DNA of 63,677 bases, the filler included, from a bacterium (GTDB lineage Bacteria; UBP15; UBA6099; JAJRTR01): the NCBI GenBank assembly GCA_024278215.1. It is 5 parts of 5 records of this genome, joined end to end, with 100 filler letters (N's around TTAATTAATTAA, not from the genome) between each part and the next. Parts side by side here need not be neighbours in the genome. Positions count along the whole stretch, not along the records: positions 1 to 14,374 come from JAJRTR010000008.1; 4 more parts are not named here. One strand, 5' to 3'. Shown piece after piece: positions 1-9,500 of this stretch. The notes under the pieces are model-generated. The model saw only the letters and a program-made list of their open reading frames with translations. It did no database searches and had not been told where the DNA came from. Numbering within the stretch: position 1 is the stretch's first letter; each line of letters begins with the position of its first letter. A program made the translations under genes and the position numbers.

Positions 1-54
1 CCCCCCCCCCCGCATATTCCGTTAGGAGCAGGTTTTCGTTCGGCCATCTGCTGC

Positions 55-2118
55 TTACTCCCCCGCCACTGATGCTTCCTCTTTGCGAATAAAGTTTTTC
101 ATGTCGAGTGTGAGTCGGCGCATGTTGTGCTTGATGATGTAGACTCCGGTGTTGAATTCTGCTGTGCAGTATGGGTTTTCGACGCGCTTGAATCCCGAAA
201 GTGGTATTACTCTGTTGTCGATTGTGAACGGGCCGTTCCAGGCGAATTTCGAGAGCCCGATGCCCGGCGCGTCGTATTCGACGGTGAGTTCTTCGACATT
301 TGCCGCGAGTTGCGCATCGAGAACGCTGTTCCGAAATTCATCGAATGAGCCGTATTGTGATTTGTTGCCCATCTGGCATATCCATATCTGGCGTGTTCCT
401 TTCGCGACAGCATCATGGACTCCCGGGCTTTCGGGTGCTTTCCAGTCATACGGCAGGGCCGAATAGAGAGCGATATAGGCGTCTTTCCTGCGGCCAATGA
501 TCCAATTGTCTACTTCACGCACTTCATCGAAGGCCCATTTTGGAAAGAAGGCGTGAGTGAAATCGAATACACGTCGTTCGCCGAGCGCTTTTTTCATATT
601 TATATCGTAGAGGATGAACGCGAGATTTTTGTATTGCGCGACGCGCGGTAGCCGGTTCTGGCCGCCCCAGTAGCAGGGTGTACGATCGTGAAGTCTCAGC
701 GAGCCTGGATTTGTGGTGAAAACAATAGCTTCGGGACTGAGGGTGGCCTGCCATATATGTTGCTGGTTGCCGCGCGTGCCGGGGCGGTAGTCAAGGGCGC
801 TGCTGAGCATATAATCCGGTGTGCGATAAGTGACTTTATCAACTTCACCGAGCAGAGTGCGGTCGGATTCCAGTTCTATGTCTGCTCTCATTTTTCCGGC
901 GGTTCCGTTTCGGGGCAAAATCTTGTGCGCGTTGCCGATGTCTTTTAGATAAGGCTGATCCCACCAGTTATATTTGTCGGCTGCTTTAATGAAAAGGTCG
1001 ATAATCTGCGGCTGCGCATAGATGCCCATTCCGAGCAGGGTAGCGAGGTCCCTTTTTTTCTTGAAACTGAGACCGTAGTCAGTGATTTTATCGAGGGGAA
1101 TGCCGTGTCGTTCTTTGTTTATGAGTTCGGGCGGGTTGTCGTGGCTGATGTCGATGATGACCTGCGAAGGGCGGTATCTGTCTGAAGCGCACAGAGCTGT
1201 CGATGCCATGCCGCCGGAGCCGCCGAACTGGCCGATGCCTGTTACCATAGTGAGGATGCCGTGTGTATCGTCGTCGCGACCGGTGAGCGAATCCTTTGCA
1301 TAAGCGCGACCATGCGAAGTGCCGTAGACACCGTGTTGCAGGTCTACAACCATGTCGAAGAACATGAGGTCGGCGACAATAGCGGCGGAGCGTGCCACAA
1401 CTTTGTCGTCCGCGAATTGCGCGAGATTCAGCACCGCGCCGAGGTCTTCGTTGTAGTATACATTCGAGTCCCACTCGCTGAAACCCCAGCGCGCGCGACG
1501 TTCGAGCCATGTCATGATGCGCGAGCGGGCGTGTTCCGAATGCCAGCGTCCGTTTTTCCCGTTGTTTGTGAAAATCTCGCCGGGGAACATCTGTCCGCTG
1601 AGGTACTCGATTACGTGGAAGAGCATCTGGTGGTTCTCTGTCCAGAAAATCATCGTGTCGCCGCCGGGTTCGTCGTACCAGTATTTGAAACCCAGAATCA
1701 GGCGCTTGAGGCGTTCATATTGGTCGCGGGAAAGAAATTGTTTCTGCTTGTTGAGATAAAGAGTCGTGATAACACGGATAGCCGAGAAGTCGGCGCAATC
1801 GGTACGGTCCGTCAGCTTGCGCTCGAAGCTTTCGATGCTGGAGTCGCTGATCGAGACGTCGTTGCCGAGAATGATACGCGCCATAGCCCCATTCCATCCG
1901 CGGTCGTTTTTCGCAGTCCATTCCAGGGCGATGCGCATACGTTCTTCATAAGTGGGCGCATAGGACTCTGTGTAGAACGGCGGCAGGTCGGGTCTGGGGT
2001 TTTCTATATCCAGCGTCATGCCCTTGAATGGATAAGCCTTCGGTTTTGCCTGTGCCGGCACGGCAGCGGAGAAAGAAACCGCGAGGACTACGAAAAATAA
2101 AAAATATTTTTTCCACAT
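55..2118 (-). CDS. Secreted hypothetical protein, possibly heparinase II/III-like (helical toroid plus beta-sandwich) carbohydrate-active enzyme
   Basis: Long ORF. ATG at 2118 gives MWKKYFLFFVVLAVSFSAAVPAQA, a signal peptide. Conserved-looking blocks FWTENHQ and GFSEWDSNVYYNEDL. Function is inference. Confidence 0.5.
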   Translation of the reverse strand: MWKKYFLFFVVLAVSFSAAVPAQAKPKAYPFKGMTLDIENPRPDLPPFYTESYAPTYEERMRIALEWTAKNDRGWNGAMARIILGNDVSISDSSIESFERKLTDRTDCADFSAIRVITTLYLNKQKQFLSRDQYERLKRLILGFKYWYDEPGGDTMIFWTENHQMLFHVIEYLSGQMFPGEIFTNNGKNGRWHSEHARSRIMTWLERRARWGFSEWDSNVYYNEDLGAVLNLAQFADDKVVARSAAIVADLMFFDMVVDLQHGVYGTSHGRAYAKDSLTGRDDDTHGILTMVTGIGQFGGSGGMASTALCASDRYRPSQVIIDISHDNPPELINKERHGIPLDKITDYGLSFKKKRDLATLLGMGIYAQPQIIDLFIKAADKYNWWDQPYLKDIGNAHKILPRNGTAGKMRADIELESDRTLLGEVDKVTYRTPDYMLSSALDYRPGTRGNQQHIWQATLSPEAIVFTTNPGSLRLHDRTPCYWGGQNRLPRVAQYKNLAFILYDINMKKALGERRVFDFTHAFFPKWAFDEVREVDNWIIGRRKDAYIALYSALPYDWKAPESPGVHDAVAKGTRQIWICQMGNKSQYGSFDEFRNSVLDAQLAANVEELTVEYDAPGIGLSKFAWNGPFTIDNRVIPLSGFKRVENPYCTAEFNTGVYIIKHNMRRLTLDMKNFIRKEEASVAGE

Positions 2119-2137
2119 AAAATGCAACCTTCCCGAA

Positions 2138-2185
2138 GAGCCGACCGCAGCCGGGCGAAGAAAAACATAATTCTGCAATCGGCTC
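2138..2185 (-). repeat. Degenerate end fragment of MITE family A
   Basis: Minus strand reads gagccgattgcagaattatg...gctgcggtcggct, matching the end of the full copies at 33786 and 51767 (gagccaattgcaaaattatgattctgctgcggtcggct). Confidence 0.55.
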
Positions 2186-2297
2186 TGAAATTGTTGAATT
2201 TCGACACCTTTCTGTTATCAGGCCCTTCAGGGCGGATTTCCCGGGTGGACCTCTGGAGCGAGCAAGAATGTGGACCTTCCGGATACCGGTGGTGCGA

Positions 2298-3290
2298 TCA
2301 GCCGCCGATGGAGTGCATGGAGCTGCCCGCCGCGACGAAGGCCCCTTTTCTGCCTTTCATTTCGACTGTTTTTTTGAAGGCTTCCAGTATATCATCGTCC
2401 GTGCCGCCACCCCTTACAATCGCCCTGATATCGACAAAATCATTTGAAAGAAGGCACGACAGGAGCCTGCCCTCGGGCGTGAGTCTGAGCCGGTTGCAAT
2501 TGCTGCAAAAACCGTGGCTGACAGGGCTGATAACACCTGCTTTTAATGAAGTGCCTTTTATCGGGTAGTAGCGGGCCGGGGCGTGCGGGTCCTCTTCATC
2601 TTCTTCCATTTCGTCGAGCCGGCCATGGGCGTTCTCAATGATTTCATCCCTGGAAACGTAGAGTTTCTTCCATTCATCGCTCTGTTTGATGGGCATATAT
2701 TCGATGAAGCGCACAGTCACATTTTCATTGACGGCGAAATTGATAAAGTCCTCGATTTCGTTTTCGTTGCGACCACGCATGACAACCACATTGACTTTTA
2801 CAGGTGTGAGCCCGGAGGCGTATGCGGCGCGTATGCCGGCAAGTACGCTTTCTATGCGGCCCGCACGGCATATTTTGCGAAATTTGCCGGCGTCGAGCGT
2901 ATCAAGACTCACGTTTATTCGCATCAGCCCCGCTGCTTTCAGCGCCTCCGCTTTTTCGGCCAGCACAAGCCCGTTCGATGTCATCGACAGGTCTTCGATT
3001 GTGCTCAATTCCGATAATTGCACGATGAGGTTCCCGATGCCTTTTCTCGCCAGCGGCTCGCCGCCCGTAATGCGCACTTTCGCTATGCCGGCGCGTGAAG
3101 ACGCAACGCCGATTATTCTGCGAAGTTCTTCATAACGCAGGATGTCTTCGCAGCGCAGGAATTCAACATTATCCGGCATGCAATATATACATCGCATGTT
3201 GCACCGGTCAGTGACAGACACCCTGAGGTAGTTGATCTCCCGTCCGAAGCTGACGAGTTTTTCGCCCGTTGTTTCTTCTTTATCTTCCAC
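2298..3290 (-). CDS. moaA: GTP 3',8-cyclase (molybdenum cofactor biosynthesis protein A)
   Basis: YLRVSVTDRCNMRCIYC radical-SAM motif, TGGEP, C-terminal CSNCNRLRL..C cluster motif and terminal MHSIGG. Confidence 0.95.
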   Translation of the reverse strand: MEDKEETTGEKLVSFGREINYLRVSVTDRCNMRCIYCMPDNVEFLRCEDILRYEELRRIIGVASSRAGIAKVRITGGEPLARKGIGNLIVQLSELSTIEDLSMTSNGLVLAEKAEALKAAGLMRINVSLDTLDAGKFRKICRAGRIESVLAGIRAAYASGLTPVKVNVVVMRGRNENEIEDFINFAVNENVTVRFIEYMPIKQSDEWKKLYVSRDEIIENAHGRLDEMEEDEEDPHAPARYYPIKGTSLKAGVISPVSHGFCSNCNRLRLTPEGRLLSCLLSNDFVDIRAIVRGGGTDDDILEAFKKTVEMKGRKGAFVAAGSSMHSIGG

Positions 3291-3556
3291 AGCTCTTTAT
3301 TATGGGTGTTGAAGCCGGGATATTCAACAAACCGACATACAGTTTGTAAAATTGCGGTTTGAGATAAATTCCAGGCGGAACATTCATTATGCCGCAGAGA
3401 AGTGCAATAAAAATCGCACGAAAAGTGTTGTAAAATGACAACTTTTTTATGGTTGTATATATATTTAATGTATTGTAAGCTTTGCCGGTTTGTAGTACAA
3501 TTAACATGGCATAATGTCCATTTGCACCATGGATAAATACTAATATCAGGTTAATC

Positions 3557-6500
3557 ATGAGAAGAAGCAAACAACATTTTGTTTACATATACATTTCAAC
3601 AGTTTTTTTGATTCTTCTGACAGTTGCGGCGAAGAATGCGGTGGCTGCGGGCGGGCGGACGACGCTAAGCCCCGGCTGGCAGCTTGTAACTATCCCGTAT
3701 TCGCTGACTGAGGATAATACATGTATGGTCCCTGAAAACGGGGAAGTATTCGGTATTTCCCGGAACACTTACGTCATGTGCAACCGGATGGAAGGTGCCT
3801 GGAAACTCGGGAAAGGCTACTGGGTTTATGCCGATGCGGAAACCGAGTTTGCGGTAGACGGTAATCCGCTGCCGGAGGCGGGCTCATATAAAATTTTCCT
3901 CAAAAAGGGCTGGAATATAATCGGCACACCGTATCTGTTCAGTGTTTCAGTGGAAGACGCTCTGCTCATAGACAGTATTCCTATAACGGAATCGAAAAAG
4001 GTGAAACCCGAAATATTCGCTTATGACGGGGAGAATGAAGTTTATGTGAAGGCGAAGAAACTCGAGCCGTGGAAGGGTTATCTTGTGCTGGCGCTTGAGG
4101 ATACCGAACTCGATGTGTCGGCGATCGACGCGGATGAAACGGCGAAAAGGACGCGCACGCTGCGTATTGTAAACACGCCGGGCGCAGAAGCGGAAGAGGT
4201 CGGCCCGGAAGATTTCGACCCCGGCGATACAATAACATTCTGGGCGGCAGCTTATGATGAGACGGGCGTCTTTATAGATAATGTGCCGGTGGACTGGTCT
4301 GTCGAAGGCGACCTGCCGCCTGTTTCGTCCGAACCGTCGGACCACATCACTGTTACACTGCCTGAAGAGAAAACAGGCGGTAAGCTCAGGGCCGCCTTCA
4401 TGGACCTGATCGACAAAACCGGTTTCCTGACGATTATCGGAACCGGTGAACTATATGCGTTCCCCTTTGACGAAAAGACAATAACCGAGCAGGATAGTGA
4501 AACCGGCACGGATTACGTTGCCTCCCAGATTATAGCGGCAATATCCGGAGGGCTGGACGCGGCGCAGGTGAAAGATTTCATCGAAGGCCTGGGCGGCAGG
4601 GTTATCGGAAGAAATGTCGTTGCGGGCATATACCAGATAAAAGTGCCGGACGGAACAGCGCCCGAGGATTTTCTGAAGGAACTCGATAGCGAAAAAAGTG
4701 TGCTTTTCGCATCGCTTAATTACATCTTTTCGACAGGCGCGTATCCCGACGATCCGGTGTTCGGGCCGACAGCGCCACCGCAGCAGAAATGGGCTTTCGA
4801 CAGGATCGGAATGCCTGCGATATGGGATATTCTCGCGCCTGTGGGCGAGCCGGTAGTTGCGGTAATCGACACCGGCGTGGACGTCGCTCATCCCGACCTG
4901 GCGGACAAATTGCTTCCCGGCAGGAATTTTATCGACCCCTCGACGCCCGGCGACGTAACGGACGCAGGCGGCCACGGAACGGCTGTGGCAGGAGTGATCG
5001 GAGCGGAGGCAGGCAACGGCATCGGCGGCGCAGGAATATGCGCGGGATGCAGGATTATGCCGCTGAAAGCGTGCACGGCGGGCGGCGTGTGCCCGGTGTT
5101 CAACGTGGCAAACGCGATAACTTATGCCGCCGACAACGGAGCGGAGATAATAAACCTCAGCATCGGCGCACACCTGATACCCGGCACGTCCGCGGCGAAT
5201 ATTCTTGAACTTGTCGTAAATGACGCGGTGGCGAAAGGCTCGCTGCTGGTAGCCGCGGCGGGTAACGACGACACGGACATGAACACCTTCTATCCCGCCA
5301 GGCTAAGGAATGTATTTGCAGTAGCCGCCACAGACGAGAACGACAACCGCGCTCCGTTCTCGAATTACGGTTCGAGAGTGGACATAGCCGCGCCGGGTGT
5401 GAATATATACACGACGAATACGGGCGGATACGGATTCTATAACGGCACTTCACTTGCGGCGGCCTATGTATCCGGCGCGGCCGGGCTGCTGATGTCTGTC
5501 CAGTACGGCCTCGACAACAGATCTGTCAAAGGATATATCCAGGCGTCCGCGGATGTGATCGCTACAGACCGGATGATAGGCGGAAGACTTAACATAAAGA
5601 ACATGATGGCTTACTTCCTGAACAGTAATCAGCCGCCGGTCATCAGCAGTGTAGCGCCTGCCGCGCGATCCGCCGCGACCGGGGCGGCTGTCGCCGTCAA
5701 TGTTACTGCGTCGGACCCGGACGCCGACATTCTCTCGTATACATGGAGTGTCGAGGCCGGCAGCATCACGCAGGGCGGCGACTCCGCAGTGTGGACCCTG
5801 CCCGCGCAGCGCGGCAGCTATAAAGTCACCGTTGTGGTGACCGATTCGCTGGGACAGTCGGATGAGGCGGAAGCTTATGTGCTTGTCCTTGACGGGGCTC
5901 TCGAACAACTGCGCATCGAGCCGGTGAACAAAGTTTTTGAAATGGGCGACATCGGGCAATATCAGGTGTATTGCCTCGACAACGACGCGATATATAACGG
6001 GGCCGCCCCGGTGCTGTGCCATGCGGACGAATGGGACCTGAACGCGAATATCGGAACGCTCGACGATTCGGGCGCGTTCGCGGCGACGGCAGAGGGCGGC
6101 GGCAGGATATACGCGGCAGTGGATTCTGTCGCGGCCTCGACACGTGTGACAGTCGCACCCGCGGGGGGAGCGTCATTGTACACAGTAGCAGACTCCACGC
6201 CCTGTACTACGACCTGGGGGCCGCGTTGCAATATGGCCGGCACAAATACAACGACGAATTACCTGAATCCGCCACTTACGAGACGCGCCTACTATACCAC
6301 AGCTTCACAGATCAGGGATCAGGTGATTGCATATAACGGTATCCTGTATTTTGGAGACGCGAAAGGCTACATTTACGGAATCGACCAGACTACAATGACA
6401 GAAGTATGGCCACCGCTGGACCTGACGGCGAGGCCTGGTTCCGCTTTCCTTGGCGCTCTGGACTTCGACCCGACTTACAAGTTCGTATATGCGGCGTCCA

Positions 6501-9500
6501 ATAATGGATATGTATATAAAATCTCGATTGACGGATCGACAGGCTGGGCAGCGGGCACCAAGGTCTGGGAATGGACGCCCAACGCCGGCGTCGACATTTT
6601 CATAAACACTGTGACTGTGGACGGCAGCGACATCTATGTCGCCACATACCAGGAAGACGGTGTCCCGAATGTCGGGAGAATGTACAAAATCACGGATGGT
6701 GGTGGGTCGGCCTCGCAGAGTTGGGAATATCCACAGGCGCCTGCACCGCCCGCAAGGTCTTTCTGGGACAAGGTTGTCATTGACACCATAGGCGGCACAA
6801 AGATGGCAATGGCAGGCTCAAGCGGAGGTGTCTTTTATGCTGTAGACACAAACACCAGCAACGAAATTTGTACTTATAAACCTTCGCCGACGACGGGTTT
6901 TAATTCCGCTCCAACCCTTGTAAACGGCTTTGCCTATATGGGCAGCTCATCCGGGGATTTCTACAAAATCGATCCGGACCCGGCAAGTGTGGTAGGCGGC
7001 AAATGCAAATCCGTATGGACACCTCCAGTGCCGGTAGCCAATAAAATATTATCTCCCGCATCATATAAGAACAACGTCTTCTACTTTCCCGCATATACTG
7101 TGTCCGGTACAGGGAAATTATATGCGGTCAAAGAAACCGGTGCGGGACCCACCGATTACACTGTATTGTGGAGCTCCGAGTTGAACGGCGGATTATCTAT
7201 TGACCCGCCGGTAATATATGCTGCCGGCGCAAAACCTGCAGGGGCTCTCATCATGACATATAATCCCGGACAGGCTCTTGCTTTTAATCTCAACGACGGT
7301 AGTTTTATAGGAGATTGCATCGGGCTGTCGAGCATGCTGAGCACAAGCGTAATTCTGCCGTATAACGGTGACATGGAAGCCTATGCCACTTCTTTCAATA
7401 ACCTGACCGCGCTTGAGAAGAATTTCCCGCCTGTGATAACCAGCTACTCTCTGTGGGAAATGCCGGTCAACGGTGTCGCCATGCCACCCTACGGCACAAC
7501 GTCGGCCAGCGCGACAGTTCATGTAGATGATCCCAACGGTACTGATGATATAGTGTCTGTAACAATCGACATTACCCCCATCGGCGGCGCGTCCGACCAG
7601 TCACTATATAAAAGTTCGAGCACAAAGTATTACAATAAGTCCGACCTCATAGTGGAGACCGGTTCGCTGCCGGGCACTCATGAGATCATCGTTACCGTCA
7701 CGGACTTCGGCGGACTTCAGGCGACCGCAGGCCAGTTCATCGACGTCGCCAATCTCGCCCCGTCCATCGCCAACCTGACGTTCACTCCGGCGTCGGTATG
7801 CAACAACGGCTCCACGACCTCAACTGTGACCGCCGACGTTTCCGACCCCAACGGACTCGCCGACATAAACACCGTGCAGGTGGAACTCGCACCGATAAAA
7901 TCCGGCGTTTCCACCCCTGTCGACCTTTTCGACGACGGCACAAACGGCGACGCAACCGCCGGCGACGGCGAATACACCAACAACACGATCAGCGCGGATG
8001 CAGGCACAGCCGTCGGCACGTATCCAATTGTCGTCACCGTAACCGACGCCGCCGGCGAAACAGCGACCGACACTGAAAACATCGCCGTCGTCGACTGTAG
8101 TCCGCCGACGGACATTGCAAATGTTTACGACGGCCCCGACGCAGGTATCGACATTGATGTCGCCACATCGACAACAACACTTTCCTGCAACTGGACCGCT
8201 TCGAGCGATCCTCAATCGGGAATTGACAGTTACTGGTATGCCATCGGTTCGATGCCCGGTGCCACCGACATTCTCGGATGGACCAGTAACGGACTGAACC
8301 TTACCGTCACAAACAGCGGACTGGCACTCACTGACGGCAATACATACTACTGTACGGTAAAGGCGCGAAACGGCTCGGGGCTGGAGTCGAACCCGGCGAA
8401 TTCCGACGGCCAGAAGGTGGACAGCCTGCCGCCCGTGCAGAGCAACTGGAACCCCGCCGGCGGATCGGCGCTATGCACCTCCTCACCCACTGTTACATTG
8501 GATACCGATGAAAACGCCACATGCGCATGGTCGCTCACCGACCAGGCATACAGCGCCATGCCGGGCGCGAATGCCTGCGCGGGCGCGGGCACCACGAGTC
8601 ACTCCTGTGCGGTGACCGGCCTTGTCAGCGGCGCAAATACAGTATATATCGCCTGCATCGACGATCTGCTCAATGAAAACACCGCGCTGGATAATACCGA
8701 ACTTGCCTACACGGCGGACATCGACCCGCCTGTACAGAGCGCGTGGAACCCTGCTAAAAGCTCCAGCCTCACATCGAGCAGTGTCGATGTCGATTTCACA
8801 ACAGACGAGAACGCCACCTGCAAATGGTCGTTGTCGGACGACGATTACGCTGTGATGCCCGGAGCCAACAGTTGTGCCGGCGCGGGCACGACAAACCTGA
8901 CATGCGCGGCGACGGGACTTTCGCAGGGACCGGAGTTTGTCTACATATCGTGTCAGGACGCCTGCGGCAACGAAGACACAACCGCGACAAATGAAGACAT
9001 CGACTATACCGTGGACGCAACACCGCCCACAGACCCGAGCCCTGTGAACGACGGCACCGGTGCCGACATTGATGTAACGAATACCACCAGCGAGCTGTCC
9101 TGCAACTGGGCGGCATCTTCCGACCCCGAGAGCGGAGTCGCGAAATACTGGTATTCGTTCGGAACCTCCGCCGGCGCAAGCGATACCGTATCATGGACAG
9201 ATAACGCCGCCGCGACAACAGTAACGAAAAACGGCCTTACACTTACCGACGGACAAACATATTACTGCAATGTGCAGGCGGAAAACGGTGTCGGACTCAT
9301 GTCCGGCGTGATCACTTCCGACGGCCAGCTTGTGAAAACACCGCAGCCGCCCACTGTCGCAAATGTGCAGTTCGCGCCTGCAAGTGTCTGCGCTGACGGT
9401 TCGACAACTTCGACGGTGACTGCGAACGCCTCCGATCCCAACGGATTGCCGGATATAAATACCGTGCGTATCCAGTTGCAGCCGATAAACAATGGAACAC

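Noticed and set aside
1-11. Poly-C run at window start
   Set aside because: At a sequence edge with no context; likely a read-end artefact.
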